This document shows, in pieces, positions 33,530 to 45,998 of a stretch of 64,000 bases of DNA; the stretch's first letter is position 1; the number at the start of each line of letters is the position of its first letter. A model generated the notes under the pieces. That model made no database searches. It saw nothing but the letters and a program-made list of their open reading frames with translations, and had not been told where the DNA came from. The translations under genes were made by a program, and so were the position numbers. Source of the DNA: Heteronotia binoei (lineage: Eukaryota); contig NC_083237.1 in assembly GCF_032191835.1 (NCBI RefSeq), forward strand, positions 18,600,001 to 18,664,000. Reading direction: 5' to 3'.

Positions 33530-33915
33530 GATGACCTTTATTGGCATTAATGTAAGAATACAGTATACTTTAAAACCAACAGTAACACTATAGAATATAA
33601 TAAAACCTTAAAAACCAGCAAATGACATAAACTAGCTGTGGGCTATGCATGAGTAAAAGCCTCTCTGATTTGGATCGCAACCTGTAAAAAGCAAGCAACA
33701 TGAGTAGTGACAAAGTTGTGTTTCCCGTGGAGTAAAAAGCGGACCTTGGCACTGTCAGAAAGGCCTCGATGGTCGGAGAGCAGTGCATCTAGGTATCTTG
33801 CTCGTGGACTGCTATAGAAAGAGCAGTCCAGGAGAACACGAGGGACCGTTTCGATGACTCCTTGGCTACAAGGGCATCGTCTAAGATTGTGGGGGATTCT
33901 GTGGTATCTTCCGAA
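33530..33915 (-). mobile_element. Non-LTR retrotransposon 3' fragment, RTE-X-like
   Basis: RFNALPSAILFGRY..RRCPC..ETV..VLLDCSFY Cys-containing C-terminal domain; the same family occurs at 63530-63720. Confidence 0.55.
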
Positions 33916-34792
33916 AAGGATGGCCGATGGTAATGCATTGAATCTAACCAGCATGAGTGCTCTTCTTTGGAGAGGATCAGTTAAAAATAGGGAGCTATTT
34001 TATATAATTCAGCACACTGCTGAGAGGGCATCAATGTGGCAAAGTGCAAATCTGGTGGCATTTGGAAAAACAATAATAGTCTGTCAAAATCTAAGTACTA
34101 TGCCAAAATGCACAGCAATGACACCAGAGAACGTTCTGAACGAAACAAGCTAAGCAGGTGTCCCCTACCTGGGACAGTGCCGGGGGGGGGGGGGCATGTA
34201 AGCAACAGTAAGCTTCCAAGGGGTATGGAGGATGCATGTAATAAATGAAAAGTAGAAGAAGGATCGACTTACTTTGATGCAACATGTTCACTTCTGGGCT
34301 CAGCAATTTGAGAATAATTCAGCACACTGGAACAGTGGCAGAAGAGGGCAGTGAAGATGATCATGCAGATCAGACCTGTGAGGAAATGCTGAAGGAACTG
34401 GGTATGTTTCGGGTGAAGGGGAAAGCAAGGCATCCCCCAGATACCTCAAGGGCTGCCTCACAGAGGAAGGCAAAACGCATGTTCCCTGCTGTCCCAGAAT
34501 ACGAGACCTTATCTAAAGCCCTCGCAGTTTTATCTGAAAATGTCCAGTTCTGTATGAATTTTGATGATGTGCTGGCTGATATGGGATCTTTAACTCTTCT
34601 TTTGTGCATTTGGTCAATAACTGTAGAATAAATTATGTATATCCAGCTATGTCAAGAACGTCAAAGAAGTTTCTTGTATCATTTAGCAATGTTGAGAACT
34701 ATCACCATAGTTACTGTAGGACACATAAGGTCTGAAGAGATAAGGTGAAATAGAAAAGTTTTAAATAAACAGGTTACTGAATCATAAGAACA

Positions 34793-35040
34793 CCAGAGAA
34801 GCCATGTTGGATCAGGCCAGTGGCCCATCCAGTCCAACACTCTGTGTCACACAGTGGCCAAAAAATCCAGGTGCCATCAGGAGGTCCACCAGTGAGACTA
34901 GGACACTAGAAGCCCTCCCACTGTTGCCCCTCCCAAGCACCAAGAATACAGAGCATCACTGCCCCAGACAGAGAGTTCCATCAATACCCTGTGACTAATA
35001 GCCACTGATGGACCTCTGCTCCAGATGTATAAGAACATAA
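34793..35040 (-). mobile_element. CR1 3' fragment
   Basis: Reverse complement of the CR1 tail seen at 12360-12416. Confidence 0.8.
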
Positions 35041-36045
35041 GATCACTTCAGGCAAGCAGCCTACACCTTTTCCATACTTCTAATACATCCTGCAGTAATA
35101 GTTAGCCAAGGGAGGCTCCTTTTGATAGTTGGACAATAAACACACGAAGCTTCCATCTACTAAATCAGTCCACAGGTCTATCAAGGTCATTGTTGTCTAC
35201 TCTGACTGTTGTCTACTTGAACAGGAGTTTCTCCACACCCTCTTCTGAGCTAGCCAGGAATTAAAACATTGGAATGTGGTGTCTTGACCTACACTCAAAC
35301 ACCATTCCAGCAGGATACCATGCTCAGTGGTGCTGAAAGCCAGAAGGACAGGAGAATCAACATGGACTAGCTCCTTGTCTTGCTGTAGAGCATCTGGCAG
35401 GTTCAGTCCCAAACCCAGGCCTGAGTTGAATTAAAATGGTTTCTCAGTCTCATCAAACACTGCCCCCCTCCCCTTGAGAACACTGAATGTAAATGGGACT
35501 TTCTGGTGCCAAGGAAGTCTTCTTCAAGTCTTCCTACCTGATCTTTTTGCTTAACTGGAGATGTCAGGGACTGAAGCTTAGACCTTCTGCATGCAAACCA
35601 GTGCTTAAATGCCAAGTTAAGGCCCCTTTCAATGTCAGCAGCCTCCTTATTTTTCATCTTGTGGAAGTCTCTGGTTCAAATCCAAGCTCAGCTCATGAGG
35701 GGAATGTAGGCAAGATGCCAGTCTTCATTTAATTGGAATATCACCAGTTTTATGGGGGTTCATAATATCAATGTACTTTATGTGGTCCTTTTGAAGGAGT
35801 CTGGGATATTACATGAAGTCCTTTAAATACCTGAGTGAAAACACTGTATGCATTTTCAAATGTATTAAAGCAGGAAATGAAAAGAAAGAGACAGAACCAT
35901 CTTAGACAACTAATGGTTGTTCCTCTCTCTCTCTCTCTCTCTCTCTCTCCCCATCTATCATCTATCTATCATCTATCTATCCATCCATCTATCTATCCAT
36001 CTCTAGATAGAGAGACAGATAGGTAAATGGTAGATAGATGATAGA

Positions 36046-36395
36046 GTTGTTGTTGTTCAGTTTCACAGTCAAGTCCGACTCTTTGTGGCCCCATGGACAA
36101 AGTCACGCAAGGCCCTCCTGTCTTCCACCATCCTCTGAAGTCTGCTCAAATTCGTGTTTGTTACATCAGTAACTCTGTCCAGCCATCTCATCTTTTGCCA
36201 TCCCCTTCTTCTTTTGCCTTCTGTCTTTCCCAGCATCAGGGTCTTTCGTCTCCAGTGAGTGCTCCCTTCTCATTTGAGCTTCAGCTTCAGCATCTGACCT
36301 TCCAGGGAACTGTCTGGGTTGATTTCCCTTGGGACTGACTGATTTGATCTTCTTGCAGTCCAAGGGACTCTCAAGATTCTTCTCCAGCACCACAT
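36046..36395 (-). mobile_element. BovB LINE 3' fragment
   Basis: CTTGCAGTCCAAGGGACTCTCAAGATTCTTCTCCAGCACCAC, TTCAGCTTCAGCATC and (CAA)n tail are diagnostic BovB 3' blocks. Confidence 0.85.
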
Positions 36396-36595
36396 AGATA
36401 AAATTAGACTCCAGATAGACAGACAGATAGAGAGACAGATAGGTAAATGGTAGAAAGACGATAGATAGATGAGAGAGAGAGACGAACAGTAGATAGATGA
36501 TAGATGATGAGAGAGACAGAGACAGATTTCTCATGGTTTTGGTGGTTTCAGCCACATGGTGGCGTCTAAACAATAATTCTGCTCTCTAATTCCAG

Positions 36596-37534
36596 ATGGA
36601 TCCAGCCAACGGGACTGGAGTGGAGCAATTCATTTTGCTGGGATTTGAGGTTGGGCAGCAGAAACGGTTCCTGCTTCTGGTCTTTTTCACCATCCTCTAT
36701 GGGCTCACTCTGGTTGAGAACATCACCATCATCACCCTGGTGCTTCTCGACACCCACCTGGCCCGCCTTCCCATGTACATCCTGCTGAGCAACTTCTCTT
36801 GGATAGAGATGTGTTATGTGAGTGCGACGGTCCCCCGGATGCTCTTTGACCTCACGTCGCCTCGAGGGATCATCTCCTTCCGCAACTGCTTCATCCAGTT
36901 CTACGTCTTCTTTGCTCTTGGCAGCACTGAGTGCTTCTACCTTTCAGCCATGGCCCTAGACCGGTACTTGGCCATCTGCCACCCACTGCGCTACCCGCAA
37001 ATCATGTCCCCAAACTCCTGCTATGGTCTGGTGGGTTCTTGTTGGATCATTGGCTTCCTGTGGTATCTCATCCCAGCTGTTTTGATCTCCAGGTTGTCCT
37101 TCTGCAGCTCCAACGTCATCGACCACTTTTTGTGTGACGCTGGGCCCATTCTGTCCCTGGCCTGCCCTCCGCTAGGAATTGCCCCCATCATCAGCCAGTT
37201 TTGCCTGAACGCTCTCATCATTGGCAATATGTTCTTTGTCGTGCTGTCCTACAGCACCGTGGTTAACACTCTAATGAAGACCTCTAGCCAAGGCGGTCGG
37301 ATGAAGGCCTTCTCTACCATATCGTTTCACTTGTTGGTGGTGACGCTTTTCTATGGCTCGGTGGCAGGGATGTACTTGATCCCAGGTGGAGAAAACCAAT
37401 CAGCAATAACTAAGGCTGTAACACTTTTCTACACTGCGGTGACACCTTTTCTTAACCCTATGATTTACTGCCTGAGGAACGATCAGGTGAAAGAAGCACT
37501 GGTTAGGCTTCTGAAGAGAAAGACAATGATGTAA
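36596..37534 (+). CDS. Olfactory receptor, OR11-family-like (312 aa)
   Basis: NGT, PMYILLSNFS, MALDRYLAICHPLRY, CDAGPILSLAC, NPMIYCLRN; intact ORF. Confidence 0.95.
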   Translation: MDPANGTGVEQFILLGFEVGQQKRFLLLVFFTILYGLTLVENITIITLVLLDTHLARLPMYILLSNFSWIEMCYVSATVPRMLFDLTSPRGIISFRNCFIQFYVFFALGSTECFYLSAMALDRYLAICHPLRYPQIMSPNSCYGLVGSCWIIGFLWYLIPAVLISRLSFCSSNVIDHFLCDAGPILSLACPPLGIAPIISQFCLNALIIGNMFFVVLSYSTVVNTLMKTSSQGGRMKAFSTISFHLLVVTLFYGSVAGMYLIPGGENQSAITKAVTLFYTAVTPFLNPMIYCLRNDQVKEALVRLLKRKTMM

Positions 37535-38234
37535 ATAAAGGGGAAGGACAGGAAAATGAAAGAAAGGGGGGGTGGGGAGAACCTTCTGGAAAATTAGGGC
37601 AATTGTGTGTGGTGGGGGGGAGTTGTTTCCTCATGGGTTTTTACAACCTGTACGATATATGTATGTGCCACCAAGTCGCAACCGACTTACGGCAACACCA
37701 ACAAGTGGATTTGAAACCAAATAATTAAGCAGATGTGGCTTGCTATTGGCCTTCTCTGCCCACCCTTCCTTGGTAGTCTCCCATCCAAGTACTGATCCTC
37801 CTTAGCTTCCAGGAGCTAGTGGCTATCCGTGACCTGGACTAGATGCCCCAAATCAAGGTTTGGAACTAAGTCAGGGAACAGCTTGTTGGTTTCTCGGCAA
37901 CAATATACCAAAACGAGACATTTTCCCACTTATACTGAGAAACAAAAGACAAGTCATGAAAATATAAATAATGTGAAAAATTAGCTAGGCAAGTACCCTG
38001 AAACTTAATATTAAGCAATGGTACAATAAAATGGATGCTGTTATACTCTGTGTGTTTATTTGTGCGTGTGTGTATGTGTTCTATGAAATGGACCCAACAT
38101 GAGATGGATTGACTCAGTAAAGGAAGTCACAACCCACAACTGCAAGACCGAAGCGAGGCTGTTATGTTAGAACGTTTTAGAGGACATTAATTCACAGGGT
38201 TGCCATAAATCCAATAGCTGGGAAACAGGGTTAA

Positions 38235-39010
38235 AACAAATAAAATGAATTTTAAATGTAAAGCTCTGCATTTAGATAGGAAAAATCAAATCCATCATTA
38301 TAGGATGGGGGAGACTTGTCTTGGCAGTAGAATGTGCGAAACGGATTTAGGGGTCTTAGTGGACCATACCCTGAACATGAGTCAGCAACGTGACGTGGCG
38401 GCTAAAAAGGCAAATGTGATTTTGGACTGTATTGACAGTAGTGTCCAGATTATTCGAAGTCAATGTTCCCTCACAGCTACAGAGTCTTGTGAGCAAAAAT
38501 TCTACTTTATGAGCTACTAACATTAAAGCTGTGAGCTACTGACATTCTAGTTATGAGCTGCTGCATAAATTAGTATGCTCTGGGGACATCCTTCCTGAGC
38601 TAAGACAAAAATGTGTGAGCTGGAAGCTAAAAATCTGTGAGCTAGCTCATGCTAACTCAGCTTAGAGGGAACACTGCCTGAAGTGATGGTATTGCTTTAC
38701 TCCCCTCAGGTCAGTCCTCACCTAGAGTATTGTGTTCAGTTTTAGGCACCACAATTTAAGAAGGATGCAGAACAAGCTGGAATGTGTCCAGAGGAGGGCG
38801 ATGGAGATAGATGGTGAGGGGTCAGGAGACCATCCTATGAGGAAAGCTTGAAGGAGCTGGGTATGTTTAGCCTGGAGAGAAGACGACTGAAAGGGGATAT
38901 GATCACCATCTTCAAGTACTTGAAGGGCTGTCATATAGAGGAAGGTGCTGAGTTCTTTTCTGTTGCCCCAGAAAGTTTTCAGCTAAACGTTAGGAAGAAC
39001 TTATTGAGAG
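38235..39010 (+). mobile_element. CR1 RT fragment interrupted by a hAT MITE at 38461-38676
   Basis: NFKCKALHL, DLGVLVD and [26 protein letters not shown]. Confidence 0.85.
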
Positions 39011-40034
39011 TTAAGAGCAGTTCCTCAGTGGAACAGGCTTCCTCAGAAGGTGGTGGGCTCTCCTTCTTTGGAGGTTTTCCAACAGAGGCTAGATGGCCAT
39101 CTGACAGCAATGAGGATTCTGTGGAACTTAGACTGATCATGAAAGGGAAGGCAGGAAGCGTGGCATCAGTGCTTAATTCTTGTGGCTCTTACACACCCAG
39201 GATGCTGATCACCAGGGATGGAATTCTAGCAGGAGCTCCTTTGCGTATTAGGCCACACCCACCTGATGTAGCCAGTCCTTCCAGAGCTTGCAAAAAAGAG
39301 CCTTGTAAGCTCTTGGAGGATTGGCAGGGGTAACTGGGGCGGGAGGGGGGGGGGGACATGTGAATTTCCTGCATTGCAGCAGGTGTTGGACTAGATGACC
39401 TTGGAGATCCCCTCCAACTCTATGATTCTAAGTCAGAAGCAACTTGACGGCACCTGGAAGGTGAGAAGCCTGGTAGGTGTGTTGATGTGACCCACTCCAA
39501 GTGTCAGTGCAGCGAAGACAAAAAGTGTCCACAAAAAATCCCTCGTGAGGACGGCCACAGCCAAAGAACCAGGAGGCAAGCAGCTGGAATGGTGCCGATG
39601 TTTGGGGTTTGTATTGTGTGGGTTCAATGCAATGAAGGCTCGGGAGCTACTCTAGTGTTAAGAAGCAATCTAAAATCAGACTACCATCAAAGCTCACTCA
39701 GTAATCACTCTAGGCTTACTGCGACATCCCAAGCTAAGTTACGTTCTTCTACATCCACTGAAGTCAGTGGTTTGGATGGCACTGCTGGCCAGTTCCCTGT
39801 CTCTTGGGCTAGTTTGTATACTGCAATGAGTTTTAATGCCTCTTCTATTTGGGAGAACTGACCATGAAATGACTACTATTCATAATTAGTCAGCCACTGA
39901 GATTGGCACTAGCTCAAGGACTTGCTCAGGACCACTGCAAAATGGGAAACAGACCCAGTTCTCTTGCTCCAATTGCAATGTCATTAACATATCTGCACAG
40001 TCAGAAGGGCATTACAACAGGCCATCGTATATGC

Positions 40035-40170
40035 CAGGGGTGGCCAACGGTAGCTCGCCAGATGTTTTTTGCCTACAACTCCCATCAGCCCCAGCCAGCA
40101 TGACTGATGACTGGGGCTGATGGGAGTTGTAGGCAAAAAACATCTGGAGAGCTATCATTGGCCACCCCTT
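40035..40170. mobile_element. Palindromic hAT MITE (CTACAACTCCCATC type)
   Basis: Inverted arms, with TSD GTATATGC/ATATATGC. Confidence 0.85.
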
Positions 40171-41157
40171 ATATATGCACTTCTTAATTTGGGGATAGCC
40201 GACACATATAGATAGAATGGTGTTTGAAATTTGGCTGAAAATCAGATCCCTAGATGAATTGGCGAGCATGTCGACTTAGTAGCAATGAAGAGTGTTTTCC
40301 AATCTTGATCTGTAAGTGTCTGGGTGAGTGCCATTCTGTGATTCGGTGTTAAATAGCCCCTGTCATGACTGTATAGTAGACATGGCAAATTTCTGTTTTA
40401 CTATAATTTTAAACTCGCTATTTTATGGGTATATGGCTTAAGAGCATTTTAAACCTAACAAACGATTATTTTTTTAAAAAAATGAATGCCATTAACATAT
40501 TTAACCACATTTACACTGGGCCCTCCTGCCACCAGGAATCTTGGCAGCAGACAAAGGGGTCTCTCATTCAAGCACTCACCAGACCCCAGGCCTGCTTAGT
40601 GTCAACTCTATCGTGACTTCTTCCCAGAAGCAGGGACAGGACCGGAGGGTCCCACCTCTCCAAACCCACCCCTTCCCCATCCTATGATGGTAAGCAGCTG
40701 CAGCTTACGTTGTTTCACATCACAATTTTTTTATAGGGAGCCTGCCACCTCAGGACGACACTGTTTCAGGGAATTCCACCAGACTTACACCAGGAAAAGA
40801 AGAAAGCCACTTCAGCATCATTAACGTTGTTTTGTCTCTGAACTTCCCCGGCTCGCTTGCTTGGCCTTCCCCCACAGGAGCCAATTAAGAAAATGAGCTG
40901 GCTGGTTGCAACACTTGCTGAAGCTGGGCAATTAGGTGGCAGGCTTTGCCAGGCTAAGTCGAGAGAGGTCGCAGGGAGGTGAGCCCAGGGCAGAATTTGT
41001 ATTTCTTTAGTTGTCCGCTAGCAGGGTGATCCTTGGTTGATTCTTTGTTCAAATTTAACAAGGCTCCTTAAAGCCTTGGGGAGAAGGGGAAGCTTGAAAT
41101 GGCACAGAAGGGAGAAATGTCTGCTGCAACCATTTCCCCTCAGCTGGAAGAGTACAG

Positions 41158-41668
41158 ATCATAGAATCATACAGTTGGAAGGGACCTCCAGGGTCATCTA
41201 GTCCAACCCCCCTGCACAATGCAGGAAACCCACAAACACCTCCCCCTAAATCCACATGATCTTCATTGCTGTCAGACGGCCATCTAGCCTCTGTTTAAAA
41301 ACCCCCAAGGAAGGAGAACCCACCACCTCCCAAAGAAGCCTGTTCCACTGAGGAATCGCTCTAACGGTCAGGAAGTTCTTCCTAATGTTGAGCCAGAAAT
41401 TCTTTTGATTTAATTTCAACGCATTGGTTCTGGTTCTACTTTCTGCGGCCACAGAAAACAATTCTACACCCTCCTCTATATGAAAGCCCTTCCAAGTCCT
41501 TGAAGATGGTGATCATATCACCGCTCAGCCGTCTCCTCTCCAGGCTAAACATGCCCAGCTCCTTCAACCTTTCCTCATAGGACTTGGTCTCCAGACCCCT
41601 CACCATCTTCAGCGCCCTCCTCTGGACCCGTTCCAGCTTGTCTATATCCTTCTTAAATTGTGGTCCAG
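41158..41668 (-). mobile_element. CR1 3' fragment
   Basis: [16 protein letters not shown]...[13 protein letters not shown], with TTCTATGAT tail. Confidence 0.85.
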
Positions 41669-42092
41669 GTTGGGAAATTTCTGGAGGTTTGGGGATGGAG
41701 CCAGGGGAGGACGGGGACCTGAATGGAGTATGATGCCAGAGTCCACCCTCCAAAGCAGCCATTTTCTGATCTCTATAGTCTGGAGATGAGCTCTAACTCT
41801 GGGAGGGGGGATCCCCAGGCGCCACCTGGAGGCTGGCATCCCTAGCAGTAGAAGAAGTTAACCTGTTGGAATTTTCTTCTGTGCACGACTGATAAAAAGT
41901 TCTGTACAGAAACTGGCAATTCTAGCTATTAGCAAAAGGTAGAGGGAAGGTTAGCTGGTATAGTTGGCGGTGGGGGGGGACAAATTATTAGGATAATGGA
42001 GTGGGAATGAAGAGAAGGAGGGCAGGTCTTGCAAGCAGAAGGCCCTTGTGTATCCTGCGACTGCATGGCCCCTTTGCTCTCAAAGGCATTTC

Positions 42093-42289
42093 CAGTGTTC
42101 CCTCTAAGCTGAGTTGGTATGAGCCAGCTCAGTTTTTAGCCTCGTCTTAGCTCAGGGAAAATGGTCCCAGAGCAAACTAATTTATGGAGGAGCTCACAAT
42201 TTTAATGCCAGGAGCTCACAACCTTAATTCCAGTCACTCACAAGGTAGAATTTTTGCTCACAAGACTCCACAACTTAGCGGGAACACTT
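42093..42289. mobile_element. hAT MITE (CAGTGTTCCCTCTAAG family)
   Basis: TIRs present; TSD not clear. Confidence 0.75.
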
Positions 42290-42384
42290 TCTTCCATTCC
42301 CGTGTGGATAACATAGAAGTGCAGCTCATTTTGGCTGGGATGTGCCTTTGATTTTAAAATGTGCCTTTAGTGCTTTCTATGCCC

Positions 42385-42780
42385 TAACCAGGCTAGCCTG
42401 ATCTCATCATATCTCAGAAGCTAAGCAGGGTTTGGTCCTGGTCAGTATTTGGGAGACCACTGATGCTCCCTCTTAGCTGTGCAGACCTGTGAGCTAAAAT
42501 TCTACTTTGTGAGCTACTGGCATTAAAGTGGTGAGCTACTGCATCAATTAGTTTGCTCTTGGGCTATTTTCCCTGAGCTATGACAAAAATGTGTGTGCCA
42601 GAGGCTAAAAAACTGTGAGCTAGCTCGCACTAGCTCAGCTTAGAGAGAACACTGGAGACCACCAAGGAATACCAGGATCGTGACCTGGAGGCAAGCAATG
42701 GCAAACCACCTTTGCACCTCTCGTCTTGGAAACCCCACCAGGGGTCACCATAAGTCAGCTGTGACTGGACAGCAAAAAAA
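42385..42780 (+). mobile_element. 5S-derived SINE split by a hAT MITE (42461-42654)
   Basis: The 5S-like head resumes after the insertion; TSD GAGACCAC at 42453-42460 and 42655-42662. Confidence 0.8.
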
Positions 42781-43484
42781 AGAAGGGAGGCTTTCTAGTC
42801 CCCCCCCCCCATCAGCATTCACACAACCAGTGAGAGGGAAACTCAGATTTTGGGTCATGTTACACCTTCTATGAAATTTTGTGGGAACTACATGCCAATA
42901 TATTTAAATGCTGAACAGAAAACTGGCTGGTATAGTAGAGGGGATATGCTTAACTCTGTCCCAGCTGTTTATTTTTCCTGCTCACAATTGCAGGCAGTTA
43001 TCTACTTTTTCCTCTTCCATGAGAAGTTACAGTCCCAGTATCTTTTCCCCATATGGCAAAAGTAAAGCTGCAGGGGGCAGGGAGGGGGGGTGAAGCCAAG
43101 TTATGACCTCCCAGTCTTGCTGTCAAGAATGCAGCCTCGTGTCACATGTCGTTCAGCCCTGAAGTTCCACATCTCACACTTACAAATGACCTTCAGGAGT
43201 CTATGAAATTGAACTCAGATCTTAAAGAGGACACCAGGGGGCAGCAGTGTGTAAAGGATGGGGAAGTGGAAGGGAAGATGTTCCTTGATTTCCAGCCCAC
43301 TCATTCCTGAAAGTCACACTCATCGCTTAAGCCTCCTGGTGAAATGCCAGCAGGCCTCATAACAGACAGCGAGACTTGTAGGATTGGTGCAAGCAGCTGA
43401 TGCAGCACACAGAATAAGAAGCAAAGGCCTTCCCAGCAGGGCCCCTTTCTGTCCTTCCAGGGCCCCTTTCTAATTCCTCTAGGA

Positions 43485-43754
43485 CGGGGTGGCCAAACTG
43501 TGGCTCTTTCACACGTATTGTGTGGCTCTCAAAGCCCCCACTGCCCCATCGGCCGGCTTGGAGAAGGCATTTCTCTCTTTAAACCACTTCTCCAAGCCAA
43601 GCCAGCTGGCTGCTTGGAGAATATATTTAAAGTTGTTTTCTTTCCACCTCTCCCCCTCCATTTGCCTGCCTGCCTGCCAGCCTGCCTTTCGGCTCTCAAA
43701 CATCTGAGGCTTAGTCTATGTGGCTCTTACGTTAAGCAAGTTTGGCCACCCCTG
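43485..43754. mobile_element. hAT MITE (CAGGGGTGGCCAAACT family)
   Basis: Perfect TSD CTCTAGGA. Confidence 0.9.
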
Positions 43755-44545
43755 CTCTAGGATGAGACCAGCTTCAGGACCCTCAGGGACCACTCCATCC
43801 TCCAAGGGCCAGAGACAGGCTTTGTCTCAAACACTGAGGCCCCTGGCCAAGCGGCCAGGCTCCACAATAAATACCAGAGACACCTAGAAGGGATTCCTAG
43901 TTAAGAAGCACAGGCATTCACACACAACTGTACAAATGAGAAGATGTGCACACTGTTACACACTCATAGACAGGCTTGTTCACAACTCAGTGCACAACTC
44001 CCTTCTTTCTTACAGCTGGAAAAGCCCCCCTCCTTTTTTATTACAGCTGTAACTCCACACACACACTTTGTAATAGAAACTATGGGCATTTTTGTTAACA
44101 GATGGTAGGGCCATCAGAGGCCAGCTAATCTTGCCAGGGAGGCGTTGACCACACCCACAGGCTGCTAACTGCCCACTGGGAGCTCTTGTCAAAATACAGA
44201 AGACAGGCCAAGCCCGCTCATTCCCAAACCTCTAGCCCTGAAGCAAGGATCTCTCTTGCACTCTGCTGGCCCGCTGGTTCTTGCAGGGTCACACAACCTC
44301 CCTCAGCGGATGATTGCAAATCAGGAGGAAGAGGCGTTAGAACTTGTGAGGGGCAAAAAGGGAACATTCAGGCTTTCAGGCAGGTCTTTCTCTGTGCTTC
44401 TGAGGAGAGTGGAGGAGAACTGTTTTATACCACTCAGCTCACTCTGAAGATTTCTCACTCAGGCCCTTCCAAAAGAGGTGCACAGCAAATAAAAGTTGGT
44501 TAACAGTTTATCAGGGCACAAAAGTTTCACAGAATGAACACCAGG

Positions 44546-45040
44546 GCCAGGGCTTTTTTTGGTAGCAGGGGCTCCTTTGCATATTAGGCCACACACCCCT
44601 GATGTAGCCAATCCTCCAAGAGCTTGGAATTCTAGCAGGGGCTCCTTTGCATATTAGGCCACACACCCCTGATGTAGCCAATCCTCCAAGAGCTTTCAGG
44701 CTCTTCTTACAGGGCCTACCGTCAGCTCCAGAAGGACTGGCTACATCAGGGGTGTGCGGCCTAATATGCAAAGGGAGTTCCTGCTACAAAAAAAAGTCCT
44801 AACCAGGGCCATACCCAACAAGGGGGCACAGGGGTGATGCCCCTGTAGAATCTGCAGGAGCCCCACCAAGGCTTTTCTTGTAGCAGCAGCTCCTTTGCAT
44901 ATTAGACCACACAGCCCTGATGTAGCCAATCCTCCTGAGCTTCCAGGGCTCTTCTTACAGGCTACTGTAAGCCCCAGGAAGACTGGTTACCTCATGGGGG
45001 TGTGGCCTAATAGGGAAAGGAGTTCCTGCTACCAAAAAAA
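44546..45040. mobile_element. Two adjacent TTTGCATATTAGGCC-family MITEs, the first with a duplicated left arm
   Basis: Copies at 44546-44810 and 44870-45040. Confidence 0.8.
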
Positions 45041-45491
45041 GCCATGCCCCCATCCACTCTTCAGTGAAATTGAAGGCTGGAGAAGACTGGATGAGGTGCT
45101 GCAAAATCTTCAATTGTAACCCCTCCTGGGGCTTACAAAATCTATAGGGAGCAGTGCCCCATGTCCCCCATGCTGGCTACAGCCCTGATGTACACCTCAG
45201 AGGGCGTGTATCATATGAATATATCACAAACATACCTCTACAGATAAAGCTGCCCTCGCCTCTGGTGCTGTTTGTATGTCCCTGATTTTTCATTTATCAG
45301 TGTGTTTGATGAGCAGTAGCGGATTAAAAGTTAAGAACCACTGCCCTGGTCTCTCTCCCAGGGCTGCTACACAGACAAAATTCAATGCCATGTCTTAAAC
45401 CTCTCTCGAGCAACTTCTAAATCCAATACGATGTCCTTCTGACATCTGGAATCCCGACAAAGGACACCACACCGAGGGCAAAAAACAAATA

Positions 45492-45497
45492 TTTATT
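45492..45497 (-). terminator. TTC5: Candidate TTC5 polyadenylation signal AATAAA
   Basis: First AATAAA I find on the minus strand after the TTC5 stop (about 1.1 kb downstream), in U-rich context. Confidence 0.5.
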
Positions 45498-45839
45498 GCC
45501 TAGGGAGAACAGTCTGAAAAAAATGTATTAAAAAACCTTACAAAAGCGAACTCAAACTTTTGCCAAATAAATACGGGTTATCTCCTATACATATATACAC
45601 ACACGCATTCACTCACACACGAGGATAACAGACCTTAAGCAATCAGGGTTTTGCAAAAGGCTTCGAGCCCAAGGATTTGAAGGGCCCAAACTCAACTGGA
45701 ACCGGAGTGAGCAACTGGCCTCCAACAGTGAAGACTAAAACAATGTCTTGAAAGTGGGAGAAGTCTGAGGGCAAATGCTAGCTTGGGAATCACTGGATTC
45801 CCTTGGAAAGCTGCAGCTATTTCCCCTAATCAAAACCCT

Positions 45840-45998
45840 CAGGCCTTTTTTGGTAACAGGACCTCCTTTGCATATTAGGCCACACACCCCTGATGTAGCC
45901 AATCCTCCAAGAACTCACAGGGCTTACTGTAAGCTCCAGGATTGGCTATATCAGGGGTGTGTGGGCTAATATGCAAAGGAGCTCCTGCTACCAAAAAA
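45840..45998. mobile_element. Palindromic hAT MITE in the putative TTC5 3' UTR
   Basis: Inverted arms CTCCTTTGCATATTAGGCCACACACCCCTGAT / ATCAGGGGTGTGTGGGCTAATATGCAAAGGAG. Confidence 0.85.

Noticed and set aside
40600-44500. Possible extra gene (for example a TLR) between the third OR and TTC5
   Set aside because: Isolated splice-like signals exist, but the candidate exons have stops or no recognisable protein similarity.
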